Shown in pieces: positions 11,875 to 23,200 of a stretch of 64,000 bases of DNA. Every line of letters begins with the position of its first letter. The stretch's first letter is position 1. This DNA is from an uncultured Acidobacteriota bacterium (GTDB lineage Bacteria > Acidobacteriota > Vicinamibacteria > Fen-336): the NCBI GenBank assembly GCA_963720545.1, contig OY970399.1, forward strand, positions 224,001 through 288,000. Reading direction: 5' to 3'. Made by a program: the position numbers and the translations under genes. The notes below the pieces were generated by a model that saw only the letters and a program-made list of their open reading frames with translations, was not told the DNA's origin and did not search any database.

Positions 11875-12489
11875 ATGTCCATCGCGAAGGAAGGATGGCC
11901 CTACGCCATTGGCCTGGGCGGCGCCGGCGCCGCAGCCGCCTTCTGGTCCGTTCCGCTGGCCGTCGTGTTCGCTTCACTTGCCGCCTTCGTGCTGTTTTTC
12001 TTTCGCGACCCGGAACGCGCCGTGCCGGCCGGCGAGGCGCTCGTCGTCTCGCCCGCCGACGGCAAGGTGGTGCGCGCCGAACTGCGCGCCGAGGGCGCCT
12101 CGGTTTCGATCTTCCTCTCGATCTTCAACGTGCACGTCAACCGTGCGCCGATCGCCGGCGTCATCCACGACGTGCGCTACCAGACGGGCGCCTTCCACGC
12201 CGCCTTCGACCCGCGCGCCTCGCCGGACAACGAGCAGAACGTGGTGACGGTGCGCGGCGCCGCGCATGACGTGGTGTTCAAGCAGATCGCCGGCCTGATC
12301 GCGCGGCGCATCGTGTTCAGGAAGAAGCTCAACGACCAGGTGCTGCGCGGCGAGCGCGTCGGCCTCATCAAGTTCGGCAGCCGCGTCGACATCGAGCTGC
12401 CGCCGGGCACGACGCTGCGCGTTGCGGTGGGCGAGCGGGTGCGGGCGGCCGCCTCGGTGATCGCCGAGCTGCCGCAGGCGCGTCCGTGA
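11875..12489 (+). CDS. psd: Phosphatidylserine decarboxylase proenzyme
   Basis: FFRDPER, SPADG, HVNRAP, QIAGLIARRI, KFGSRVD self-cleavage motif. Confidence 0.95.
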   Translation: MSIAKEGWPYAIGLGGAGAAAAFWSVPLAVVFASLAAFVLFFFRDPERAVPAGEALVVSPADGKVVRAELRAEGASVSIFLSIFNVHVNRAPIAGVIHDVRYQTGAFHAAFDPRASPDNEQNVVTVRGAAHDVVFKQIAGLIARRIVFRKKLNDQVLRGERVGLIKFGSRVDIELPPGTTLRVAVGERVRAAASVIAELPQARP

Positions 12490-13277
12490 CCGGCAACGCG
12501 CCGGTGCGCCTGGCGCGAATGAAGGTACGGCGCGGCACCGCGCTGCTGCCGAGCCTGTTCACCACCGCCAACCTGTTCTCCGGCTTCTGGTCGATGATCC
12601 ACACCCTGCACGGCCGCTACGAGCAGGCGGCAGTGCTCATCGGCATCGCGATCGTCCTCGACATGCTCGACGGCCGCATCGCGCGTCTCACCAACACCAC
12701 GAGCGAATTCGGCGCCGAACTCGATTCGCTCTCCGACGTCATCTCCTTCGGCGTGGCGCCGGCACTGCTCGCCTACGCCTGGGCGTTCTCGACCATCGAG
12801 CGCGCCGGCTGGCTGGCCGCGTTCCTGTTCGTGGTGTGCGGCGCGCTGCGCCTGGCACGCTTCAACGTGCAGCGCAAGGCGACCGACGGCCGCTACTTCG
12901 TCGGCCTCGCGATCCCGGCAGCGGCAGGGCAGGTGGCGGCGGTCGTCTACGCCGTGCCCCAGGGCATCGACCTCAAGACCCTGGCGCTCATCGCCTGGTG
13001 CGCGGTGGTGGTGCTTGCGCTGCTGATGGTCAGCACCTTCCGCTACCACTCGTTCAAGGGCTTCGACCTGCGCACCCGCCGCAGCTACATGAGCGTGCTG
13101 GCGATCGCCGCCCTGCTGGTGCTCGTAGCGATCGAGCCGCAGGCGACCTTGCTGGTGCTCGCCACCGCATATGCCCTCTCCGGCCCGCTTGGCTACCTCG
13201 CCACCTTGCCGCGGCGTCGCCGCAAGTCCGAGGCGCAGCCGGAGCCGGACGGCGTCCCGGCCGATCACAGCCTCTAG
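12486..13277 (+). CDS. pssA: CDP-diacylglycerol--serine O-phosphatidyltransferase
   Basis: PSLFTTAN, DMLDGRIAR..FGAELDSLSD, LRLARFN; overlaps psd. Confidence 0.95.
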   Translation: MTGNAPVRLARMKVRRGTALLPSLFTTANLFSGFWSMIHTLHGRYEQAAVLIGIAIVLDMLDGRIARLTNTTSEFGAELDSLSDVISFGVAPALLAYAWAFSTIERAGWLAAFLFVVCGALRLARFNVQRKATDGRYFVGLAIPAAAGQVAAVVYAVPQGIDLKTLALIAWCAVVVLALLMVSTFRYHSFKGFDLRTRRSYMSVLAIAALLVLVAIEPQATLLVLATAYALSGPLGYLATLPRRRRKSEAQPEPDGVPADHSL

Positions 13278-13802
13278 GTGAGCCTTCGCGGCCCCGTTGT
13301 CGGCGTCGGCGGCGTTGTGCTCCAGGAGGGCAAGGCCCTCCTGATCAAGCGTGGCAAGGAACCGCTGAAGGGCGCCTGGGTGATCCCGGGCGGCACTGTC
13401 GAGTGGGGCGAAACGCTGGAGGCTGCGCTGGTGCGCGAGATGGAGGAGGAGACTGGGCTTCGGGTCCGCCCGGTGGCTTTCCTCGAGGCCTTCGACCGGA
13501 TCGCCGGAGCCGGCTCAGCCGCCGCCTGGCACTTCGTCATCCTCGACTACCTTTGCGAGCAGGTGGGGGGCGAGCTGCGGGCGGGTTCGGACGCCGCCGA
13601 TGCCGCCTGGGTGGCTCCGGAGGAGCTTGCGGGCCGCGGGGCGCCCGAAAAAGTCGTTGAAGTGATCCGGCTCGCATTCGCAAAAGCGAGCCTTGCCTGG
13701 CCCGCTGGCGAGGGGGTAGCCTCCGGCCATGGTGAAAGCAAAGCGGCTGGTCCTCCTGGCGTTCGTAGTCGCGGCGTTCGGCACGGCCGCTCCGTCCGCT
13801 GA
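13278..13802 (+). CDS. NUDIX hydrolase
   Basis: Nudix box GGTVEWGETLEAALVREMEEETG. Confidence 0.9.
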   Translation: MSLRGPVVGVGGVVLQEGKALLIKRGKEPLKGAWVIPGGTVEWGETLEAALVREMEEETGLRVRPVAFLEAFDRIAGAGSAAAWHFVILDYLCEQVGGELRAGSDAADAAWVAPEELAGRGAPEKVVEVIRLAFAKASLAWPAGEGVASGHGESKAAGPPGVRSRGVRHGRSVR

Positions 13803-13959
13803 CGCCGGCCTCTTCGGCAAGAAGAGCGAAGCTCAGAAATCGGCGCAGAAGGCCCGCAAGAAGGCGCGGCGCTACAACTCCATCGGCTGGGGCAACGAGT
13901 GGAAGCGGGTCTACACGCTCCAGCATTACCAGCCCGGCCACTACCTCGAGATGTACTAG
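13729..13959 (+). CDS. Small secreted hypothetical protein
   Basis: Signal peptide (KAKRLVLLAFVVAAFGTAAPSADA); host-like codons; stop overlaps the stop of the convergent kinase. Confidence 0.6.
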   Translation: MVKAKRLVLLAFVVAAFGTAAPSADAGLFGKKSEAQKSAQKARKKARRYNSIGWGNEWKRVYTLQHYQPGHYLEMY

Positions 13960-16900
13960 GCGCCTGACGGCGCCATTGGCGCTGCAGCGGCCGGCAGCCA
14001 GAGCCTGATCCGCGTCGGCTCCCCCGGTGCGCTCGCGAGCAGCACCGAGCCTCCGTGGTCCTCGGCGATCTTGCGCGAGAGCACGAGGCCGAGGCCGGTG
14101 CCGCCGGTCTTCGTCGAAAAGAACGGCTCGAACAGGCGCGCGCGCAGCGACTCGTCGATGCCGGGGCCGCTGTCCACCACGTCGAAGTTGACGGCCATGC
14201 CGCCGCGGCCATCGTCGCCGGGAAACACCGACACTCGAATTCCGCCGCCGCCCATCACCGCCTGCAAGGCGTTTTCGACGAGGTTGACGAACGCTCGCTC
14301 CACCAGCTTGCGTTCGACCAGCACCGGCGGCACGGCCGCGGCGATCTCGAGGTCAAGAGCGACCCCCGGAGGCGCCGCCATCCGGTAGGGCTCGAGCACG
14401 TCCGCGACCAGCTCGCCGGGATCGACCAGTTCGCGGTCGCGCGAGGCCGGCCGCGCGAATGCCGAGAATTCGGTGGCGATGCCGCGCAGGCGGTCCACCT
14501 GGCCGAGGATGGTGGAGACGCAAGCCTCGAGGACCTCCGGAAAGTCTGCCGGCCGCTCGCGATAGACGCGGCGCAGGTGCTCGGCCGAGAGGCGGATCGG
14601 CGTCAGCGGGTTCTTGACCTCGTGCGCCACCTGCCGCGCCATGTCGGCCCAGGCCGCCCGGCGGTTGCTCTTCTCGAGGTCGGCGCGCTGGCGCAGCAGG
14701 TCGGCGGCCATGCGGTTGAAGGCGTCCATCAGCGTCGCGATCTCATCGCTGGTGCCAGCGTTGACGCGCGTGTCGAGGTCGCCCGCGGCGATCCGCCGCG
14801 CCGCACCGGTCAGCGCCGAGACCGGTCCCGAAATGCGCCACGCCATGAAGTAAGCGAGAGCAGCGCCGGCCGCGAGGAACAGGAGCGATGCCAGCCGGAT
14901 GCTGCGGCTGAGGTCGGAGCCGACCGTGGCGGCGCCGCCCTGAAACGTCATGGGAAGGGACAAGACGCCGGTCTCGAACGGCCCGAGCGCGGCCGGCAGC
15001 GAGACGACGCGGTAGGTGAAGCCGCCGATGCCTTCGTCGCTGAACGCGTAGGGCTGGCCCTCGAGCACCACCTGGCGAAACGCCTGCGCATCCACCTGCG
15101 GCGACAGCAGTCCCGACGTGTACAGCTCGCGCTTGCTCGCGGCACGCAGCCTGCCGCCCTGGAAGAGCGCCAGGTCGCTGCGCAGAAGGCTCGCGACATA
15201 GATGAGCGCGTCGTCGCTGACGCCGCTCGGCGCGCCGTCCTCGCCCTGCAGCACCGCGTAGTCTTCCACCGCTTTCTGGCTCACGTAGGCACGCTGCAGC
15301 GCCTGGTTTTCGGTCGCGCGCTCGAGCCGTGCACGCACCACGCGGGTCGCCACCACTTGCAGCACGCCCACCGGCACCACCGCGAGCAGCACGAATGCCA
15401 CGAGCAGCCGCCAGGCGAAGCGCCCGCGGATGCGCTCGACCAGAGTCGCCAGGCTGAAGCTGCGGCGGCGCAGCAGCGTGCGCACCGCGAGCAGCAGGGC
15501 GATGGCGAGCGCCGTCACGCACAGCGCCGAGGCCGCGGCGTCGAGCAGGTCGGCGACGCGCTGCAGCGGCGCGCGCCGCGGATAGCCCAGGACGTTGGTG
15601 AGGGTGCCGTCGCCGAACACGAAGCCGTCGAACGGCTGGCCGTCGAGGTCGAGGCTGGTCCAAAAGCCGCTCGTGGCGGCGCGGCTCTTCGGCTCGAGCG
15701 TGCGCAGCCCCATCGGCGGGCGCTCGGTGGAGTAGAACGCCGGCTGGCCGCGCGCGTCGAACACGAACAGGTCGACCGGCGGGCCGCGGCGCTGCGACGG
15801 CAGGCTCGCCGGCCGGTAGAGCAGCGAGTAGGGATCGCGCGGCGTCAGGAACGGCAGGTTCCAGTAGTCCTCCGAGACGTAGAGGTCGATGGCGCCGGGC
15901 CCCAGCCCCGGCACCAGCAGCGCGCGGCTCGCATGCAGCACCGGCTGCTGCACGCTGCCGAGCGGCAGCACCTCGCGGCGCACCTGCCACGCGGCGCTGT
16001 CGGGCCGCGGCACCGGGCGTTCGGTCAGCGCTGGAAGGTTGAGCGCGAAGCGGCTGACCACGCGGCCGTTCTCGTCGTGGATCTCGACCGCCGACGACAG
16101 GCCGAAGGTGGAGAGCTCGGTACGCGACCACACCGCGAACGCCATCTGTTCGAGCGCCGGCGCCGGTCCCGCGGCAGCCGCCGGGTCCAGGACGTCGAGG
16201 CGGTCCACGGTGCGATACGCATCTTCGAGGACCGAGCGGCGCAGCAGCGGCTGCTCCAGGACGAAGGGCGCATACGCCGACTGGATGAGGTCGCGCGTGT
16301 GCTGTGCGCCGCTGCCGACCACCGCCGGCTGCACCGCCAGCACCGCCGCCAGCACCAGCGCAAAGAGCGCCGCTACGCGGTGCGTGTCGCGGTGCTCCTC
16401 GGGTCGCACGAGGATCCGGCCGCAACTGACCGCGAGCAGCAACGCGCCGAGGCAGAAACAGCCGAGCGCGGCGCGCGGCGTGGGGAAGCGGTGCCACCAC
16501 CACAGGGCGGCGCCGGCGCCGACGGCGCACCAGGCGAGCGCCGCGGCGGCGCGGCCGCCGAGCGACCGCGGCCAGGCACCCTGCCGCAGCACCGCCGCGG
16601 CGAGCAGCAACCCCGCGGCAACGATGAGCAGCAGCGCCAGCTGGATGGCGCGCACGCCAGCCGCCACCGACAGCGCTTCGCCGTCGAGCGCAAACGCGGT
16701 GAGGTCGGCGTTGGTATTGGCCACCACGTCCGCGACGCAGGCAAAGAGCGGCGCAGCCGCGGCGGCGACAGCCCCGGCGGCGACCACGAAGCGCGGCAGG
16801 GAAAAGGAGCGCGAGTCGGCGCGGGCAACGATGAGCCGCGCCAGGCCAAAGGCCAGCAAGCTGCCGAGGATCGCGGCCAGCAGCAGGTCGAGCGGGCTCT

Positions 16901-17864
16901 CGAGCCAGCGCTCGGCGCCGCGCAGGCCGGTGACATAGAGATCCGACGACAGGACCGAGCGCAAGCCACGCGGGCCCGGCTGCAGCAGCGCTTCGCAGGC
17001 GGCGCGCGCCGCGAGCACGATGCCGGCCCAGATCCACACCGCGCCGCGCCGCCGCAGCGGCACGGTGGCGATGAGCAGCAGCGCGAGCACCGCAAGCGTC
17101 GCAGCCGCACCCAGGACGGCGGCCGGCACCCGGCGCGGAGACAGCCGGTCGGTCGCGGGCGTGACGCGCACGGTGGCGAGGCGTTGGCCGTTTGGCCCGG
17201 TCAGCTCGTGCTCGAGCCGCGGCAGGTCCTTTGGAATGGCCGGCAGGCGCGGCACCGGACCCCTGGCCAGGCCGGCGTCTGCCCCCTCATAGGCGATTTC
17301 GGCGCCGAGGTCGTCGCCGATCCACGCGTCGAAATCGCGCAGGTACTCGTTCGCGATGTTGCGGCGCACGCGCACCGGCGCCTCGACCAGGATGGTGCCG
17401 TCTTCGGCCGCCGGCGCAGTCACCACCAACGACGTCGCGATCGCACCCTCGCGGATGAACACGCCCGCACGCCGCAGCCGGCCGCGCAGCGACGCCGCCT
17501 CGGGCGCCGATCCGGCCCAGGCGAGCGCGGTGCCGTTGCCGTCGACGAGGCTGATCGAAGGACGCAGCTGTTCCGCCGCCTGCGCGCTTGCGAAACGCGC
17601 GAAGAGACGCGCCCGCGCTTCGTTGTCGCCGGCGAGCGCCGGCGAGGCATCCGCGTCCTTCGCGAGGCTTGCGGCGAGCGCGTCGAGCGCCGAAACGAAA
17701 CGCTGTTCGCGCGCGACCACGCGGGCCAGCGCGGGGGCGAGCGCCTCGGGGCCGCTCTTCGCGGGTGGCCGCGAACGCGAGAGCGACCAGGCGCCGAAGA
17801 GGAGGGCGAGCGCGGCGGCGGCCAGCAGCAGGAGCCGCACGCGAGCGTCACGCCCCAGGGTCAT
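13956..17864 (-). CDS. Very large multi-pass membrane sensor histidine kinase (HAMP-HisKA-HATPase, NtrY-like), about 1302 aa
   Basis: HAMP ISGPVSALTGAARRIAAGDL; H-box AWADMARQVAHEVKNPLTPI; NLVENA, DSGPGI, FEPFFSTK, GTGLGL; ATG 17864 overlaps the DUF420 stop. Confidence 0.9.
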   Translation of the reverse strand: MTLGRDARVRLLLLAAAALALLFGAWSLSRSRPPAKSGPEALAPALARVVAREQRFVSALDALAASLAKDADASPALAGDNEARARLFARFASAQAAEQLRPSISLVDGNGTALAWAGSAPEAASLRGRLRRAGVFIREGAIATSLVVTAPAAEDGTILVEAPVRVRRNIANEYLRDFDAWIGDDLGAEIAYEGADAGLARGPVPRLPAIPKDLPRLEHELTGPNGQRLATVRVTPATDRLSPRRVPAAVLGAAATLAVLALLLIATVPLRRRGAVWIWAGIVLAARAACEALLQPGPRGLRSVLSSDLYVTGLRGAERWLESPLDLLLAAILGSLLAFGLARLIVARADSRSFSLPRFVVAAGAVAAAAAPLFACVADVVANTNADLTAFALDGEALSVAAGVRAIQLALLLIVAAGLLLAAAVLRQGAWPRSLGGRAAAALAWCAVGAGAALWWWHRFPTPRAALGCFCLGALLLAVSCGRILVRPEEHRDTHRVAALFALVLAAVLAVQPAVVGSGAQHTRDLIQSAYAPFVLEQPLLRRSVLEDAYRTVDRLDVLDPAAAAGPAPALEQMAFAVWSRTELSTFGLSSAVEIHDENGRVVSRFALNLPALTERPVPRPDSAAWQVRREVLPLGSVQQPVLHASRALLVPGLGPGAIDLYVSEDYWNLPFLTPRDPYSLLYRPASLPSQRRGPPVDLFVFDARGQPAFYSTERPPMGLRTLEPKSRAATSGFWTSLDLDGQPFDGFVFGDGTLTNVLGYPRRAPLQRVADLLDAAASALCVTALAIALLLAVRTLLRRRSFSLATLVERIRGRFAWRLLVAFVLLAVVPVGVLQVVATRVVRARLERATENQALQRAYVSQKAVEDYAVLQGEDGAPSGVSDDALIYVASLLRSDLALFQGGRLRAASKRELYTSGLLSPQVDAQAFRQVVLEGQPYAFSDEGIGGFTYRVVSLPAALGPFETGVLSLPMTFQGGAATVGSDLSRSIRLASLLFLAAGAALAYFMAWRISGPVSALTGAARRIAAGDLDTRVNAGTSDEIATLMDAFNRMAADLLRQRADLEKSNRRAAWADMARQVAHEVKNPLTPIRLSAEHLRRVYRERPADFPEVLEACVSTILGQVDRLRGIATEFSAFARPASRDRELVDPGELVADVLEPYRMAAPPGVALDLEIAAAVPPVLVERKLVERAFVNLVENALQAVMGGGGIRVSVFPGDDGRGGMAVNFDVVDSGPGIDESLRARLFEPFFSTKTGGTGLGLVLSRKIAEDHGGSVLLASAPGEPTRIRLWLPAAAAPMAPSGA

Positions 17865-18289
17865 CGCAGGTACAGCATGCCGTAGATCACGACTCCGGTC
17901 ACGGACACGTAGAGCCACAAGGGCAGGGTGACGCGGGCGATGCGCCGGTGGCGTTGGTAGTCGCCGCGCAGCCCGCGCCGCAGGGTCACGAGCACTAGCG
18001 GGACGATCGCCACCGCGAGGATCGTGTGGCTGAGCAGGATGGCGAAGTACACCGCGCGGATCGCACCCTGGCCGGAGAAGCGCACGCTGCCCACCTGCGC
18101 GTGATAGATGAGGTACGAAACGAGGAAGGCGCTCGACGTGCAAAAAGCGGCGATCATGGTGCGCCGGTGGGCCAGGACCTGACGCCGGCGGATGAAGACG
18201 TACGCCGTCACCAGCAGCAGTGCCGCCGCGGTGTTGAGGCAGGCGTTGAGCGCCGGCAGGTCGGTGACGGCCAGGCCGAGAAGCGGCAT
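17861..18289 (-). CDS. DUF420 membrane protein (cytochrome oxidase assembly associated)
   Basis: LPALNACLN, HRRTM, FLVSYLIYH, ILLSHTILA, HRRIARVT..WLYVSVTGV. Confidence 0.9.
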   Translation of the reverse strand: MPLLGLAVTDLPALNACLNTAAALLLVTAYVFIRRRQVLAHRRTMIAAFCTSSAFLVSYLIYHAQVGSVRFSGQGAIRAVYFAILLSHTILAVAIVPLVLVTLRRGLRGDYQRHRRIARVTLPLWLYVSVTGVVIYGMLYLR

Positions 18290-19152
18290 CAGCGGCGGTC
18301 GAGGATCAGGGCCAGCGACAACAGCAGCAGGTAGACGATCGAGCCGCCAAAGAGCGGGCCGGCCCGCTCCCGCGTCGGCGTCGCGGCAAAGCGCGCCGCA
18401 AGATACAGGTAGAAGGCACCAAGCACCACCGCGCACACCAGGTAGCGCTTGCCCGCCATGCCGCCAAAGGTCGGCGCCAGCGTCACGAGCCACAGCGCCA
18501 GCGTGTACGCGACCACCTGCCGCGGCAGCATCCTGCCGCTCGGATCGTCGTGCGCCAGCACCTTGAGCCCGGCACGCGCGTAGTCCTCGTGGTAGAGCGC
18601 CGCGATGGCAAGGAAGTGCGGCACCTGCCACATATAGAGGATGGCGAAGAGCACCGCCGCGCCCGGGTCGAGGCTGTTGCGCGCGGCGGCCCAGCCGATG
18701 ACCGGCGGCAGCGCGCCCGGCACGCCGCCGACGAGGGTCGCAAGCGAAGTGACTGGTTTCAGCGGCGTGTAGGCGAACACGTACGAGAGCCACGTCGCCA
18801 GCGCCACCAGCGCAGTCAGCGGGTTGTTGAAGCGCCCCAGGACCAGCAGGCCGGTGGCGGTCACGAGCCCGGCGAAGAGCGCTGCCTGCTGGCGGCTCAT
18901 GCGACCCGCCGGCAGCGGCCGGCGCCGCGTGCGCTCCATGAGCGCGTCGGTGCCGGCCTCCCACACCATGTTGGCTGCGTTCGCGCCGCCGGCGACCAGA
19001 GCCGTTCCGGCGAGCGCCGCGAGCAGCGGCCAGCCGGCGGGGCCGGCGCCGACCAGGTAGCCGACGAGGGTGGTCGTCACCACGGTGAAGGTGATGCGTG
19101 GCTTGGTGAGGGCGACGAGGTCGCGCCCCGTCACGCGAGCCGCGGCGATCAA
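18289..19152 (-). CDS. cyoE: Protoheme IX farnesyltransferase (heme o synthase)
   Basis: LTKPRI, D.LMERTRRRPLP, YTPLK, GALPPVIGW, WQVPHF. Confidence 0.95.
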   Translation of the reverse strand: MIAAARVTGRDLVALTKPRITFTVVTTTLVGYLVGAGPAGWPLLAALAGTALVAGGANAANMVWEAGTDALMERTRRRPLPAGRMSRQQAALFAGLVTATGLLVLGRFNNPLTALVALATWLSYVFAYTPLKPVTSLATLVGGVPGALPPVIGWAAARNSLDPGAAVLFAILYMWQVPHFLAIAALYHEDYARAGLKVLAHDDPSGRMLPRQVVAYTLALWLVTLAPTFGGMAGKRYLVCAVVLGAFYLYLAARFAATPTRERAGPLFGGSIVYLLLLSLALILDRR

Positions 19153-19910
19153 CGGAATGCGATGTCGGCGCGGGCGGCGGCGCCGTCCGCGAGCGTCACG
19201 CTCACCGCGGCGGTCTTGAGGCGCGGATGAGCGGCTTCGATCTCGTAGGTGCCCGCCGGCAGGCCGGTGATGGTGAACGCCCCGTCAGCCCCGGTGACGG
19301 TGAAGAACGGGTTCGGCAGCACCGCGACAAAGGCGCGCATCCATGGGTGGATGTCGCAGCCCACGGGGAACAGCATCTCCGGCTTCAGGAAGCGCAGCGT
19401 TTGCTCGATTCCCTTGCGCGGCTGGCCCTTGTTCGACTCGGGGTTCTCGCGCGGATGGAAGTGGACGTTGTGCGAGAGGTCGTCGTTGTTGCGGATGAGG
19501 AGCGACTGGCCGGCCATCACCGCGACCACGGCCGGTGCGTAGTCGCAGTCGTTCTGGTCGAGGACCGCGGGTGACGCGGGCGGCGCCAGTGCACCGCTGA
19601 GGCCGGACTTCACGTAGACGACCGTGTCCGCGACGCCGCCTGAGCTGACGCGCACGCTGTAGCGCACGATCCCGTCCGGATGGGCGGCCGCGCATTTCGG
19701 CTCGGACTGGAGCGCGATCCGGATCGGCGGTGGCACCGCCCCAGCGAACGTCACACGGCCCGAAATGCTCGCGGTGCCGAGCGCTGGGGTCGCAACGGCC
19801 GCAGGCCCGGCGGTGGCGGCGGCACCGGGCTCGGCCGACGGCGAGCGCGAACAGGAGGCGCCCACGGCGAAAAGCCCCACTGCAAGGACCGCGGCGGAAG
19901 GGCGCTTCAC
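19149..19910 (-). CDS. Lipoprotein with cupredoxin-like and carboxypeptidase-regulatory-like domains
   Basis: Lipobox VGASC; DQNDCDYAP, HNVH, CDIHPWM; C-terminal TGADGAFTITGLPAGTYEIEA; GTG start re-called. Confidence 0.75.
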   Translation of the reverse strand: MKRPSAAVLAVGLFAVGASCSRSPSAEPGAAATAGPAAVATPALGTASISGRVTFAGAVPPPIRIALQSEPKCAAAHPDGIVRYSVRVSSGGVADTVVYVKSGLSGALAPPASPAVLDQNDCDYAPAVVAVMAGQSLLIRNNDDLSHNVHFHPRENPESNKGQPRKGIEQTLRFLKPEMLFPVGCDIHPWMRAFVAVLPNPFFTVTGADGAFTITGLPAGTYEIEAAHPRLKTAAVSVTLADGAAARADIAFR

Positions 19911-19924
19911 GATGCAGGATTCTC

Positions 19925-21034
19925 TCACGGTGAAACGCCGGCCGGCAGGTTGAGCGCGGCCAGCGCGACCGGGCTCGACACCCCGACGTAGAGCCGCCCG
20001 CCGATGCGCAAGGGCGCGGTGCGAAAGACGGTCGTGCCGCCCTCGGTGCCGAGGTGCAGGGACGCGGTGCCAAGGTTCTTGCCGATTTTCGGCTCTAGCG
20101 CGATGAGGTCGGCGTCGGCACAGGGCACGAGCAGCGTGACGCCGATGACAAGCGGGGTGAAGAGCGGCCGCGAGGGCAGCGGCGAGCGCCAGATCATGTG
20201 GCCCTTGCCGCGATCGAGCGCGTAGACGACGTTCTCGAGCGACGCGAACAGCACGCGCTTCTCGAACAGCACTCCACCGGCGCGAACGTCGGCGCCCACC
20301 TTCCAGCGCCAGTGCCTCTTGCCGCTGCGCAGCGCTATGCCGAGGAACGAGCCGTCGTCGTTGCCCACCAGCACGCGCTCCTTGTCGTCCACGACCGGAG
20401 TCGCACGGATCGGATCGCCCTTGCCGTAGGTCCATTCCGAAACGCCTGCGCGCTTGCGGATCACTTCGACGGCGCCGTCCTGCCGGCCGACCACGAGGAA
20501 CGCGCGTTCGACAGTGGGCCCGGACGTGATTTCCGGCCCTTCGGAGTCGGCACGCCGCCAGGCCGCGGCGCCCGTCTCCATGTCCAGGCAGGCGATGCCC
20601 TTGCCGACGATGAACACCTGCTGACCATCGAGCACCGGCGGCAGGTCGCCCGCAACCTTCGTGTCGACGCGCCAGACCTCCTTGCCGTCCGCCGGGTCGA
20701 GGCGGGAGACGACGCCGTCGGCCTGGCGCACGACGATTGCGCCCTTGCTGCTGGCGAGCCGTCCGGGGTGCCCGGCCGCGCGCCACGCCTCGGTGCCGGT
20801 GGCGGCGTCGAAGGCATAGACGATGCCGCCGCGCGACGCGACGAAGACGCGCTGCCCATCCGTCGCGAGCGGCGCCTCGACGGCTTGCGGCTCGGTGTCG
20901 CCGTCGTTCTCGAGGTTGGCGACCCATGCGGTCGTGAGCGGAAACAGGCTCGGAACGGGCGTAACGATGCGTTTGTGGCAGCCCGCGCCGGCGGCAAACA
21001 CGAGGAGGATGAGCCAGCGGCGGGGGTGGTTCAC
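19925..21034 (-). CDS. PQQ-like beta-propeller lipoprotein (BamB-like)
   Basis: Lipobox AGAGC; repeated A.D..TG...W motifs. Confidence 0.8.
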   Translation of the reverse strand: MNHPRRWLILLVFAAGAGCHKRIVTPVPSLFPLTTAWVANLENDGDTEPQAVEAPLATDGQRVFVASRGGIVYAFDAATGTEAWRAAGHPGRLASSKGAIVVRQADGVVSRLDPADGKEVWRVDTKVAGDLPPVLDGQQVFIVGKGIACLDMETGAAAWRRADSEGPEITSGPTVERAFLVVGRQDGAVEVIRKRAGVSEWTYGKGDPIRATPVVDDKERVLVGNDDGSFLGIALRSGKRHWRWKVGADVRAGGVLFEKRVLFASLENVVYALDRGKGHMIWRSPLPSRPLFTPLVIGVTLLVPCADADLIALEPKIGKNLGTASLHLGTEGGTTVFRTAPLRIGGRLYVGVSSPVALAALNLPAGVSP

Positions 21035-21093
21035 GCTGCGCCGACTATATCGCAGGGCTATAATCCGCGGACCAACAAGGCCTTGGAGGGCTG

Positions 21094-22629
<1,536 letters not shown>

Positions 22630-22734
22630 CAAGGCCCACCCTCGACAATTTGCGCGACGGTGTCGATTTCCGGCGACCCCGTTCGTCGTTCCAATGGCAG
22701 GCCAAGGTGGCCGGCTCCAGCAAGGAGACAGAAA

Positions 22735-23100
22735 ATGCGTGTAATGGTGCTCGTGAAGGCGACCGAAGACAGCGAAAGGGGCGATCTTCCCAAGACCGAG
22801 ATGTTCGCGGCCATGGACAAGTTCAACGCCGAGCTGGAAAAGGCCGGCATCCTGAAGCCCGGGGGCGGCGACGGCCTCAAGCCCTCGTCCCAGGGCAAGC
22901 GTGTCGCCTTCAACGGTGCCGGCCGCACCGTCATCGACGGCCCTTTCGCCGAAACCCGCGAGCTCGTCGCCGGCTTCTGGCTCTGGGAGGTCAAGGACAT
23001 GGCCGAAGCGGTCGCCTGGGTGAAGCGCTGCCCCAATCCCATGCCCGGCCCGAGCGAAATCGAAATCCGCCCGCTGTACGAGATGTCCGATTTCCAATGA
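22735..23100 (+). CDS. YciI/DGPF family protein
   Basis: AAGGAGA RBS; GLKPSS, DGPFAETRELVAGFW, IEIRP. Confidence 0.9.
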   Translation: MRVMVLVKATEDSERGDLPKTEMFAAMDKFNAELEKAGILKPGGGDGLKPSSQGKRVAFNGAGRTVIDGPFAETRELVAGFWLWEVKDMAEAVAWVKRCPNPMPGPSEIEIRPLYEMSDFQ

Positions 23101-23200
23101 GAACCTGACTCGGGAAGGCGAGACGGCTTCTCGCTGAGGAGGTCGGCCGGACCAGTGGTGACGGTGCGGGGCGATAGAATCGCCGCGCACTCCTGAAGCG

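Noticed and set aside
22630..23200. Integrated element at the guaA 3' end (a known hotspot)
   Set aside because: Only a yciI gene; no integrase or att duplication seen.
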